This document shows positions 34,128 through 43,184 of a DNA stretch of 64,000 nucleotides, one piece after another. A program made the translations under genes and the position numbers. The stretch is from Thermoflexales bacterium (GTDB taxonomy: Bacteria; Chloroflexota; Anaerolineae; B4-G1; DUEL01). The stretch spans positions 16,287-80,286 of the forward strand of contig JACIWQ010000001.1 of the NCBI GenBank assembly GCA_014360895.1, given 5' to 3'. Each line of letters opens with the position of its first letter. The first letter of the stretch is position 1. A model generated the notes under the pieces. That model was not told the DNA's origin and did no database searches. It was given only the letters and a program-made list of their open reading frames with translations.

Positions 34128-34529
34128 ATGAAAGTCCTCTCCTATCATGCTGAACTCTGCGTTGGCTGCCACATCTGCGAGGAGGTCTGCGCGGAGACCT
34201 GGTTCAAGACCCCCGACGCGGCGAAGTCCAGCATCGTGATTCGGGATGAGGGTTCGGGTCCCCTCCAGGCCACGTTCTGCGTGCAGTGCGGCGAATGTAT
34301 CGCCGTCTGCCCGACTCAGGCCCTGTATCGGGATAAACAGGGCATTGTCCGGTTGCGCAAGCAACTCTGTGTAGGATGCCTCTCCTGCGTGGGCTTCTGC
34401 CCGTACCTGGCGATGTTCTACCACCCGGACCTGCTGGAGCCGTTCAAGTGCGTGGCCTGCGGGCAGTGTGTGAAAGAGTGCCCCGCGGACGCGCTGGCCC
34501 TGGTGGAGATGCCCACTCCCACGCCGTAG
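34128..34529 (+). CDS. 4Fe-4S dicluster ferredoxin-domain protein
   Basis: Start at MKVLSYH with an AAGGAG RBS. Multiple CxxCxxCxxxCP motifs. Confidence 0.8.
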   Translation: MKVLSYHAELCVGCHICEEVCAETWFKTPDAAKSSIVIRDEGSGPLQATFCVQCGECIAVCPTQALYRDKQGIVRLRKQLCVGCLSCVGFCPYLAMFYHPDLLEPFKCVACGQCVKECPADALALVEMPTPTP

Positions 34530-34649
34530 ACATCGGCCGGTATCCCCCTCCACATTCCCGGAAGGGCGGGGGGAGAAAAACGAAACGGGGGGTGGAGCGA
34601 CGGCAACACCGTTGCTCCATCCCCCGTTTTTCTCAGGGGTGAAGACCCC

Positions 34650-36899
34650 TTACTGAACGCGAATCCGGCTCAGCAGGAGAAAGTCCCGACCGTCCTCCAG
34701 CCGAAGGCGCTCCCCCGTATCCGGTCGGTAGAGGCCGATTTCCACTTCGTAGAAGCCCGGCGGCGTCTCCGGCTTCACCCGCAGCGTGTAAGTCTCCCGG
34801 TAAACCTCTCCGGCCCGCCACTGGGATGTGGGTGGGGTCGGCGGACGGTCTTCCTGTCCCCAGATGGTCTGCGGCGGCTCCAGGATGTGGGTGAAGACGG
34901 TGTAGTCATGCTCCGTGGGGCCGAGGGCCCGCCAATAGAGGGTCAACACCACCGTCTCGCCGGGGCGCACCCGCCGGGGCACCATCTCGTACCCCACCAG
35001 TTCTATCCGGTCACCGAAGCGGTAAGAGACGGGGTTGGGGTACGGGCCGGGGCGGGGCCGAAGGGCCAGGTCCCCGAAAGAAACGTAGCGCCGGTCGTCC
35101 GGCTGCCCGGACACGGGCATCCGCTCCCAGGTGCGCAGGTCGTAGAACCCCACCCTCAGGGAAAGGCGCGCCGAAGCGACGGCGGTCTCCGGCACCCGTA
35201 GCCGGAAGACCTCCGCCCAGCGCGCCCCCGGTTGCAGTTGGGTTGCCCGGACCAGTCCCTGGCGGGGGTAACGGTCGTCCTGGGCCAGGATAATCTCCAG
35301 GTCGTCCACCAGATGGACAAAGAGGCTCCAATCCCGCGTGGGGGGACGCAGGGCTTCCAGATAGAGGGTCAGGTCTACGGTCTCCCCGGGCTCCAGGGAG
35401 GAAGGGCGGAGGCTGTAGCCCAGCAGGCGGAATTCGTCGCCGAAGGTCGCCCCCAGAGGATTGGGAACGGCCGCCGGGACGGGGAGGTCGGGGGGACGGT
35501 AGGCCGGGGCGATCCAGAGGACGGGCGCCCGCAGGGCCAGGGCTCCCAGGAAGAGGGCCGGCAGGGCCTGCAGGGCCCGTCCGATACGGCGGGATCGCCC
35601 AATGGCCAGGGCTATCTGCTCCCACCCGACCCACAGGCCCAGGGAGATGGGGCCGATGGCGGGGAACATCAGCCGCCCCTGGGAGGCCGGGGTCTGCGCG
35701 GTCCAGCGCAGGAAAGCGGCGAAGAGCACCACGACGTAGCCCAGGAGCCCCAGGCCGATGGCCCATTCTTCCCCCCAGGTGCGGGTGCGAAGCGCGCGGG
35801 CCAGCCCCCGGCCCACTCCCCACAGAAGCCCCAGGGCCGCCAGCGCGGTCCAGGCGTCCAGGACTCGGTAGACCCACACCGGCATCAGGACGTTCATCCA
35901 GCCGAAGACGCCCCAGAAGGACCAGCGGAAGCCCTGGAACTCCCGCAGGAGGTCGGCGGGAGTGGCCCGGCGCCGCCCCACGATGTCCAGCATCACGTTG
36001 AGGCCGAAGGGGTCGTGGTAGAGGGTCCAGTTGCGCCAGAACCACCAGCCGCAGAGAGCCAGAGCGACCCCGAAGGTCAGGAGGAAACCACGAAGACACG
36101 AAGACACGAAGGAAAATCTCTTTAAACTTCGTGTCTTTGCGTCTTTGTGGTAAACCCCCACCAGCGTCAGGGCGGCCAGGGGCCAGAGGGTCAGGCCGCT
36201 GAGTTTCGCCAGCGCCGCCACGCCCAACATAACCCCCAGCAGGAAGGCGCGCGGCCAGGAGACCCCCCGGCGCCAGATAACGGCCAGAACCCAGAGGCCG
36301 ACGGCGGTGGCGGTGTTGACCAGCGCGTCGTTGTTCACCGACGCGGTGACGAAAAGGAACATCGGGTTGACGGCGACCAACAGGCCGCTCCCCAAAGCCC
36401 AGCCGGGACGGTCAGGGAAGAGGAGGCGCACCCCGTTCACCGTCGCCAGGACCGTCAGCAGGCCCAGCGCTACCGAGGCCAGCCGCCAGAGATGAAGGGT
36501 AAGGACGGCGCCGTGCCAGGGGAAGGCTTCGGCGGGGCCATGTAGCACCTGGTTCCGATTGGCAATACGGGCAGCGTCGCCGGAGGAGGCGTGAGGGTTG
36601 GGGAGATAGACAGCATCCAGGTCATCCAGGGGGAGGCGAAAGAGGTGGGTGAACCCGGCCAGAAGGGCGTAGTAGAGAGGTGGCTGGCTGCCTTCCTGCC
36701 GCCAGGGCGTCTCTTCGCCGGGGCGCTGTACGGGCAGCCCCTCTCCCTGGGCCAGCCGGACCGCCATGTTGACATGATAGGTTTCGTCTGGGCATTCAAA
36801 GAGGGGATTGATCACACTGTGGAGGAGAGCCAGAATTAGGTAAAAGAACAGAAGCCAGGTTCGCCCCGAGTCAAAGAATCGGCAGGAGAGGCATCTCAT
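34650..36899 (-). CDS. GT-C glycosyltransferase, PMT/ArnT-like (GT39/GT83), paralog 1 of 3. Has two C-terminal beta-rich repeat domains.
   Basis: N-terminal loop DE motif (LFECPDETYH), 10+ TM helices, C-terminal duplicated ~110-aa domain. ATGA overlap with paralog 2. Confidence 0.8.
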   Translation of the reverse strand: MRCLSCRFFDSGRTWLLFFYLILALLHSVINPLFECPDETYHVNMAVRLAQGEGLPVQRPGEETPWRQEGSQPPLYYALLAGFTHLFRLPLDDLDAVYLPNPHASSGDAARIANRNQVLHGPAEAFPWHGAVLTLHLWRLASVALGLLTVLATVNGVRLLFPDRPGWALGSGLLVAVNPMFLFVTASVNNDALVNTATAVGLWVLAVIWRRGVSWPRAFLLGVMLGVAALAKLSGLTLWPLAALTLVGVYHKDAKTRSLKRFSFVSSCLRGFLLTFGVALALCGWWFWRNWTLYHDPFGLNVMLDIVGRRRATPADLLREFQGFRWSFWGVFGWMNVLMPVWVYRVLDAWTALAALGLLWGVGRGLARALRTRTWGEEWAIGLGLLGYVVVLFAAFLRWTAQTPASQGRLMFPAIGPISLGLWVGWEQIALAIGRSRRIGRALQALPALFLGALALRAPVLWIAPAYRPPDLPVPAAVPNPLGATFGDEFRLLGYSLRPSSLEPGETVDLTLYLEALRPPTRDWSLFVHLVDDLEIILAQDDRYPRQGLVRATQLQPGARWAEVFRLRVPETAVASARLSLRVGFYDLRTWERMPVSGQPDDRRYVSFGDLALRPRPGPYPNPVSYRFGDRIELVGYEMVPRRVRPGETVVLTLYWRALGPTEHDYTVFTHILEPPQTIWGQEDRPPTPPTSQWRAGEVYRETYTLRVKPETPPGFYEVEIGLYRPDTGERLRLEDGRDFLLLSRIRVQ
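36088..36150. repeat. 63-bp palindromic element (CACGAAGA x3 / inverted TCTTTGCG arm) embedded in-frame in GT-C paralog 1
   Basis: ccacgaagacacgaagacacgaagg-loop-cttcgtgtctttgcgtctttgtgg. AT-richer than the flanks. Encodes VYHKDAKTRSLKRFSFVSSCLRGF, which is absent from paralogs 2 and 3. Confidence 0.75.
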
Positions 36900-38743
36900 C
36901 TGGTCCCTCCAGGGAAGGCGGCTGGGATAGAGAGATGGAGCGTACCGGAATCATCCCTCCAAATCTGGGCCAGCAGGACCGCATCGTTGGGATACCTCTG
37001 ACCTGTCCCATCCCAGGCAGGCAGCCGTTCCATCGTGGGCAAGAAATAGAGCCCCGCCACGATGTCACCGGAAAAAGGCGAGTCTGGTGGCGGGAGCGGC
37101 AGGGTAAGCCGGTCTATGAAAATCTGGTCCTTCCGCCACACCGAAGTCGGATATGTTCCATATCCCGGATAGGTGTCCAATTGGGTTAGAATCACAGGAT
37201 GTCCTTGTTGCAGGGTCTCCAGGTGAATGAAGACACTGAAGTTCTGGTCCGTTTCTCTCAATGTACGCCAGTAGAAAGTTATGGCAAGAGCAGGACATTC
37301 GGGTAATTCTGTCTGTTCCAGGTCATAACCGATAAGTTCAAACTGCCCATCACCGAAAATCGCTCCCAGCCGGTTAGTTGGGATGGTTTCCAGATGTTTG
37401 GTGAGTGTTGGGCGAGGGTATACGGGGGAGAGATAATGGGCCGGAGCAATAACCGCATAAATTCCCAGCAGTGCTGCAAGGATACCCGGAATGATTGGGC
37501 GACGGAATATTTCGGTCAAGCCAACAGCCAGTGTGGCTCCAACGGTAATGGCAGCCGGAAAGAGCAGGCGTCCGCCTCCCATGAAAATGGCAGTTTGAGA
37601 GGTCAGGCGTAGCAATCCCGCAAACACGATAAGAAACCAGCCCCACAAGAGGAAGAAGAAAGGGCGAAGATGCTTCTGGCGCGCCAGTGCCAGTATTAAG
37701 CCGATAACTCCCGTTATGCAAAGCAAACCCAGAACCGCATAGATCGGGGGCTCTGCGAAAAGAATTCCGCCGGGGCTGAAATCCAGCCAGTAGGCTTTCC
37801 ACAGGAAAGTCAGTAAAGACCACAGGTCTCTCCACGTGAAAGGCGTGGTGCGGGGTCCGAGTAGCACAGGCAATAGGTTGGTAGCAAAGGGGTCGCCATA
37901 CAGGGTCCAATTGCGCCAGAACCACCAGCCGTCCACGATGAACACAATCAGTCCTGCGATCCCGGCCCAGAACAGGGGTCGGAAGTCGCGAATTTTCCGG
38001 GAGTGCCCAAGAGCGAGAAAGCCCCAAGGAACCAGTAAGCCCAGACCGCTCAGTTTGGCAAGAACAGCCAGTGCTATAGTGGCGCCGAAGATGATGCTCT
38101 GGCGAGGTGACAACCCATGTTGGATTATGTATCCTAATTGCCATAGTCCAATGTGGCATATTGCTACAGCCATTATGTCGTTGCTGAAAGAGGTCGCGAT
38201 AAACACAAACTGGGGGTTTAGCCCCACCATTGCCATAACCAGCATTGCTACCGGCCAATCAAGAAAAAGACGAGATAGAAAGTAAATAGCTATCAGCGCC
38301 ATGGCCCCACAGGTGAGCGAGACCAAGCGGCCAGTAAAAAAGATCGGCATATCGGGAAGAGCGATATAAGATGGTGTTATAGGATTCCGATTACCTATAG
38401 GGGTACCCAAGAAATGAGGATTAACTACAGGGGTTACCCCCTCATCGCGCAAGCCGAGAAGAGAGACAATCCCTGCAACTGTAGCATAGTAAAGTGGAGG
38501 TTGGTGACCTTCTTTCTCGACAGGCGTATGAGCATTCACCCCAACCTTAGTGGCATCTATAACAGGGAGTCCCTCTCCCGATACCAAGTGAAGGGTATAC
38601 GCATAATGATATGCTTCATCCGGTTTAACAAACAGCGGGTTTTCCAGAGCATAATATGTCCCCACTGTTAGGAATCCGCACAGGAAAAGCATGACCGCCA
38701 CTTTTTCCATCCAGCCTGGACTCTCTGCAGAAAGCCCTCGCAT
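36896..38743 (-). CDS. GT-C glycosyltransferase, PMT/ArnT-like, paralog 2 of 3 (one C-terminal repeat domain, lower GC)
   Basis: DE motif LFVKPDEAYHY. Start placed at MRGLSAE so that it does not overlap paralog 3. Confidence 0.75.
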   Translation of the reverse strand: MRGLSAESPGWMEKVAVMLFLCGFLTVGTYYALENPLFVKPDEAYHYAYTLHLVSGEGLPVIDATKVGVNAHTPVEKEGHQPPLYYATVAGIVSLLGLRDEGVTPVVNPHFLGTPIGNRNPITPSYIALPDMPIFFTGRLVSLTCGAMALIAIYFLSRLFLDWPVAMLVMAMVGLNPQFVFIATSFSNDIMAVAICHIGLWQLGYIIQHGLSPRQSIIFGATIALAVLAKLSGLGLLVPWGFLALGHSRKIRDFRPLFWAGIAGLIVFIVDGWWFWRNWTLYGDPFATNLLPVLLGPRTTPFTWRDLWSLLTFLWKAYWLDFSPGGILFAEPPIYAVLGLLCITGVIGLILALARQKHLRPFFFLLWGWFLIVFAGLLRLTSQTAIFMGGGRLLFPAAITVGATLAVGLTEIFRRPIIPGILAALLGIYAVIAPAHYLSPVYPRPTLTKHLETIPTNRLGAIFGDGQFELIGYDLEQTELPECPALAITFYWRTLRETDQNFSVFIHLETLQQGHPVILTQLDTYPGYGTYPTSVWRKDQIFIDRLTLPLPPPDSPFSGDIVAGLYFLPTMERLPAWDGTGQRYPNDAVLLAQIWRDDSGTLHLSIPAAFPGGTR

Positions 38744-38753
38744 ATTGTCCTCC

Positions 38754-41042
38754 CTACTGGCTATTGCAGCGTCTTTCCGGCTGCACTTCTGGAAACGCCA
38801 CCACATCCTCCGCCAGACGCTGGCCCGTTCCGTCATACGCCGGAATCCGCTCCAGCGTCTCCGGATGATACATCCCCACCCGCAGGATCAGCGGCCCCTC
38901 CGGCCGCTTCCCCAACGGAAGCCAATGGGTATCCAGCACCCGCTCCCCTCTCCGCCACCACGACGTCGGATAATCCCCGCCTCGCGGCGGCCCGTCATGC
39001 TGCGAGACCAGATTCCCCTCCCCATCCAGCAGGTGTACAAAGACGGTATAATCCTCCCTCACCTCCTCCTCTGCCCGCCAGTGAAGTGTCACCGTCAAAT
39101 ATTCCTGGCCTCCTTCCTGCTCCCACGACAGACCATACCCGTCCAGCCGGATGGTATCCCCCAGACGGTAATCGGTAGGGCAAGAAGGAGGCGGCGGCGA
39201 ATGGGCCGGGAGCAGGCGCCAGGGACCCAGGGCCACCATATCGCCGGATTGATCCTGGAGGGGAATGCGACCGGTTTGCCCGTCGGTCAGGCCGATACGG
39301 AGCCAGTAGAGGCCCGGAGCCGGAGCCCAATCGGGGATGGAAAGGATGTGGGTCTGGCGGACAATCTCCCCTGGCTTCCAGAGATCGCTGGGATAGAGGG
39401 TGCCACCCAGCCAGGTGTCTTCTCCGGCCACATACCGGGTCGGGTCCTGCGGGCCGAACTGAACCCATATCCGGTAGCGCTCCGTCAGAGAGATCGGTGT
39501 ATACCAGTAAAGGGTCAGCGTTACCGGATGTCCGGATTTCATCGGGCCCCGAAAAATCTCATATCCGAGGAGTTGCAGGCCGTTCTGAAAGTTTACGTTT
39601 ACCGACTGAACGCCCCTCGGGATTTGCTGGACGGGACGGGTCAGGGTGAAAGCCGGGCGGATGTAATGCCAGGGTATATAGGCATTGAATGCCAGGGCAA
39701 CTCCAGCGATGGCCCAGAGCACCAGGTGGGGGGCTTTCCAGCGAGTATATTGGGACAGCCCATATGCGGTGAGAATGGCGACCGGCGCGATGGTGGGAAA
39801 GAGCAACCGACCGTAGGGAGCGCCTGTAGCCAGGGCCCAGCGCACCAGCGCGATCGCGTTCAGCCCGAAAGCCAGCGCGAACAGGAATAGAGCACACCGG
39901 GTGGGGTGGGGCAGGCCCCCCCAGGAACCATCCGGGCGAAGCGCGCATAGTAATCCGATCCCGGCCAGGCCCATAAGCGTCGCGATGCCCCAGTAGACGG
40001 GCCTGTCCACCAGGATCAGTCCCCAGCCGAAGGCCGCCCAGTAGGTTTGGAAAACGGTCCACGCTTCCCTCAGGCCGAAGTGGGCCAGGGGAATTTGCCC
40101 TGCAAAGTGCGGACCAAATCCCAGCGGGTCACCGTAGAGCATGAGTCCCCGTAGATACCACCAGAGGCTCGGAGCCAGCGCAGCCACCAGGAAGAGACCG
40201 GCATCCCGAAGGCGCTTTTCCCATGAAGCCTGCTGGCAAATCGTGGCCAGACTTCCGATGGGCAGGAGCAGCAGTCCGCTCTGTTTGGTCAGCAGCGCCA
40301 GTCCGGCAATGCCCCCCAGGACGGCCCACTGACGTCCTGTGCCTCTCTGTATGCAGGATGGGATGTGGGCAAAAAACAGGGTGCAGAGGGCAATCAGCAG
40401 GTTGTCGTTGGTCACCCCCGCGGATAGAGCAACGAATTGGGGATTCAGGGCGACTATAGCGGCTGCTCCCAGGGCCATCCAGGGGCGATTCGGCCAGAGA
40501 CGACATGCCAGGGTGTGGGTGGAGAAGATGGTGATAGCACCGAAGCCCAGCGAAAGCATGCGCAGGAGATAAAGGGCTGGAACCGTATCGCCTTTTGGTC
40601 TCCAGACCAGGCGAACGTAGAAGTTCTTGTTCCAGGGGTCAGGGCCTGCGGTGGGAGCCCAACCTATCACCCAGTTGGGGTTGGGCACCAGCAGAGCGGG
40701 CAGGTCGCGCATCTCTGTCCAGGAAGTCAACAGGGCGCCCACCGCGTAGTAAAGGGGAGGCGCATAGAAAACTTTTGCCTCGGCGTATTCCAGCGACCGG
40801 GCCACATCCGCGCCGGTCAGCAGCCGATGTTGGGGCATCGCTCGGGGGGGCAGCGCGTGGTGGACAGTGATGTACCGGATGGTGTTGAGGTGGAAAGGTT
40901 CATCTGGGGACTCAAAAGGGGGGATGGTCAGGGCGAAGAGCACTCCCAGGGCCAGGAAGATCCCGATCAGCAGATGAACACTCTTTCGGGCAGGGGGGCG
41001 TCGGATCCACGCGACAGGGACTCTCTCCATACTGCTTTTCAT
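38754..41042 (-). CDS. GT-C glycosyltransferase, PMT/ArnT-like, paralog 3 of 3 (two C-terminal repeat domains)
   Basis: DE motif PFESPDEPFH. ATGA overlap with the upstream GT4 gene. Confidence 0.8.
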   Translation of the reverse strand: MKSSMERVPVAWIRRPPARKSVHLLIGIFLALGVLFALTIPPFESPDEPFHLNTIRYITVHHALPPRAMPQHRLLTGADVARSLEYAEAKVFYAPPLYYAVGALLTSWTEMRDLPALLVPNPNWVIGWAPTAGPDPWNKNFYVRLVWRPKGDTVPALYLLRMLSLGFGAITIFSTHTLACRLWPNRPWMALGAAAIVALNPQFVALSAGVTNDNLLIALCTLFFAHIPSCIQRGTGRQWAVLGGIAGLALLTKQSGLLLLPIGSLATICQQASWEKRLRDAGLFLVAALAPSLWWYLRGLMLYGDPLGFGPHFAGQIPLAHFGLREAWTVFQTYWAAFGWGLILVDRPVYWGIATLMGLAGIGLLCALRPDGSWGGLPHPTRCALFLFALAFGLNAIALVRWALATGAPYGRLLFPTIAPVAILTAYGLSQYTRWKAPHLVLWAIAGVALAFNAYIPWHYIRPAFTLTRPVQQIPRGVQSVNVNFQNGLQLLGYEIFRGPMKSGHPVTLTLYWYTPISLTERYRIWVQFGPQDPTRYVAGEDTWLGGTLYPSDLWKPGEIVRQTHILSIPDWAPAPGLYWLRIGLTDGQTGRIPLQDQSGDMVALGPWRLLPAHSPPPPSCPTDYRLGDTIRLDGYGLSWEQEGGQEYLTVTLHWRAEEEVREDYTVFVHLLDGEGNLVSQHDGPPRGGDYPTSWWRRGERVLDTHWLPLGKRPEGPLILRVGMYHPETLERIPAYDGTGQRLAEDVVAFPEVQPERRCNSQ

Positions 41043-42223
41043 CCTGATATCCAGTGGATCAGAAACGCCGCTGTCTGGCGGGCGATGCGGTCCCAGGAGA
41101 AGTCGGCAGCCAGGGCCCGCGCGCCCTCCTCCAGCCGGGCCCGCAGGCCCGGGTCGCGCCAGAGCCGCAGGACCGCCTCCGCCAACGCGCCCGCATCCCG
41201 GGGCGGCGCCAGGAGCATATTCTCCCCGTCCCGCACCTCCGGCAACGGCACCGCCGGACGAGTGGTGACAATGGCCCGCCCGTGGGCCAGGCAGGCGTGC
41301 AGCGTCCCCCGCCGGAAGGAGACGCCGTCCCGGTAGGGCAGGACGCAGACATCCGTCGCCAGCAGGCCCGCCGAGACCGACAGGGGGTCGGTGTAGCCGG
41401 TCCAGTGGACCCGCTCCGTCAGCCCCAGGTCGGCGATGAGGCCGTCTATGAAGGCGGCGTAGGCCCGGTTGGTGGGGTCAGAGGTGCCCACCCGCCCGCC
41501 GACCATCAGCAGGTGGGCCGGAACGCCCCGCTCCACCAGCATGCCCAGCGCCCGGATCAATTCCTCGCCGCCCTTGCTCTCGTTGAGGAAGCCGAAGTAG
41601 CCCAGGAAGAGGTCATCGGGGCGAACGCCCCAGCGGGCCCGTTCAGCGTCCCGGTCGTAGTTCGGAGGCGGGGTCGGCGGGATATTGCTCCCGATGGGGA
41701 TCACGGCCAGGCGGTCCCGGGGAATCTCCCCCTCCAGCCGGAGGTAGTCCTCGTGGTTGGTGACGATGACGCCGTCGGCGCGGCGGGCCAGCATCCGGAC
41801 GACGCGCCAGCGCAGGGGTCCGGCCTTGGGGAAGAGATAGGGGACCCGTAGGTCGTGGAAGGTCACAACGACCGGCGGGCGCGCCAGAGGCGAGGGAAGG
41901 AAGTGGACCGCCGGGTGCATCCCGTAGGCGGCGGCCTGGTACTGGAGGTTCAGGACGTCCAGGCGCGCCTCCCGGGCCACCCGCAGGACCTCCCGCCAGC
42001 AACCCCAGCGCCAGGAGGGGACAGAGCGGTGGACGGGGAGGCTATACCGTGCTTCGTATTCCGTTTTGCGGGTGGGGCCGGTGATGACGTGGACGTCGTG
42101 ACCCAGCGCGGCCAGCGCCTCCGCCAGCCGGAGGGTGAAGTCCCCCACGCCGCCCTCATCGGGGGGAAATTCGCCGGTGACCAATCCGATGCGCATAGTG
42201 ACTCCCTGGAGGGCGCGCTTCAC
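41039..42223 (-). CDS. Glycosyltransferase family 4 (GT-B, retaining)
   Basis: Glyco_trans_1-like C-terminal half (E..GG..E.. motifs). Confidence 0.8.
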   Translation of the reverse strand: MKRALQGVTMRIGLVTGEFPPDEGGVGDFTLRLAEALAALGHDVHVITGPTRKTEYEARYSLPVHRSVPSWRWGCWREVLRVAREARLDVLNLQYQAAAYGMHPAVHFLPSPLARPPVVVTFHDLRVPYLFPKAGPLRWRVVRMLARRADGVIVTNHEDYLRLEGEIPRDRLAVIPIGSNIPPTPPPNYDRDAERARWGVRPDDLFLGYFGFLNESKGGEELIRALGMLVERGVPAHLLMVGGRVGTSDPTNRAYAAFIDGLIADLGLTERVHWTGYTDPLSVSAGLLATDVCVLPYRDGVSFRRGTLHACLAHGRAIVTTRPAVPLPEVRDGENMLLAPPRDAGALAEAVLRLWRDPGLRARLEEGARALAADFSWDRIARQTAAFLIHWISG

Positions 42224-43140
42224 CGCACCATGGCGCGCACCACCTGCCGGTATGCCCGGATGCGCTCTGCCCGCAGGGCCCGCTTATGGCCCAGGAGCCA
42301 CTTGGCCCCTTCTACGCCCATCTGCCAGAGATAGTTGCCCAGAATGACCGTCCGCAGAATCCCTGCCGCGAGCGGACCGTGGTACTTGCGGAAATAGCGG
42401 ATTTTGCTGGTCTGGAAGTGAACATGGCGGGCCGGGAGGACCTGCTCGCTGCTCTTGCCCTCGTGGTGAATCACCCGCGCGGTGGGGAGATAGACGACCC
42501 GCCAGCCGGCCTCCCGAAACCGACGGCACCAGTCCAGTTCCTCCGAGTACATGAAAAACCCCTCGTCCAGCGGCCCCACCTGCTCTACCGCCTCCCGCCG
42601 GGCCATCAGCGCCGCGCCGGTCACCCAGTCCACATCCTGAATTTCGTCGTCGGGGCGGTCCAGGATGTAGTAGTGCGTCAGCAGGCGACGGGGGGCGTAG
42701 GGCTGGAGCCAGGTGGACTCAAAGAGAGCCGTTGTCAGAGTGGGGAAGCGGCGGCGAGAGGATTGCACCGTCCCGTCGGGGTTCAGGAGTTGCGGGCCGA
42801 CGACGCCGACATCGGGGTGGGCGTCGGCGAAGGCGACCATCCGCTCCAGGGCATCCCCCACCACCTCGGTATCCGGGTTCAGCAGGAGGACGTAGCGGCC
42901 CCGGGCGACGGCCAGTCCCTGGTTGTTGGCGGCGGTGAAGCCCCGGTTGTCGGCGTTGGCAATGAGGTGCACCTGGGGAAACTCCGCCCGGACCATCTCC
43001 GCGCTCCCGTCGGTAGAGCCGTTATCCACGACGATGACCTCCAGTGAGCAGGCAGGCTGGCTGGCGAGGACGGAGTGAAGACAGCGCCGGAGCAGGTCCC
43101 GGACGTTCCAGTTGACGATGAGGACAGAGAGGTCGGGCAT
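42220..43140 (-). CDS. Glycosyltransferase family 2
   Basis: LSVLIVNWN...DNGSTDGS...NPD...D GT2 motifs. Start at MPDLSV. The ORF track's upstream extension is a translation of the 8-bp repeat. Confidence 0.85.
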   Translation of the reverse strand: MPDLSVLIVNWNVRDLLRRCLHSVLASQPACSLEVIVVDNGSTDGSAEMVRAEFPQVHLIANADNRGFTAANNQGLAVARGRYVLLLNPDTEVVGDALERMVAFADAHPDVGVVGPQLLNPDGTVQSSRRRFPTLTTALFESTWLQPYAPRRLLTHYYILDRPDDEIQDVDWVTGAALMARREAVEQVGPLDEGFFMYSEELDWCRRFREAGWRVVYLPTARVIHHEGKSSEQVLPARHVHFQTSKIRYFRKYHGPLAAGILRTVILGNYLWQMGVEGAKWLLGHKRALRAERIRAYRQVVRAMVR

Positions 43141-43142
43141 GA

Positions 43143-43177
43143 ATGAGCAAATGACAGAATGACAGAATGACAGAATG
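43143..43177. repeat. Tandem 8-bp repeat (ATGACAGA) x3-4 in the 5' leader of the GT2 gene
   Basis: atgagcaa atgacaga atgacaga atgacaga, immediately upstream of the GT2 start codon. Confidence 0.85.
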
Positions 43178-43184
43178 GCCGATG

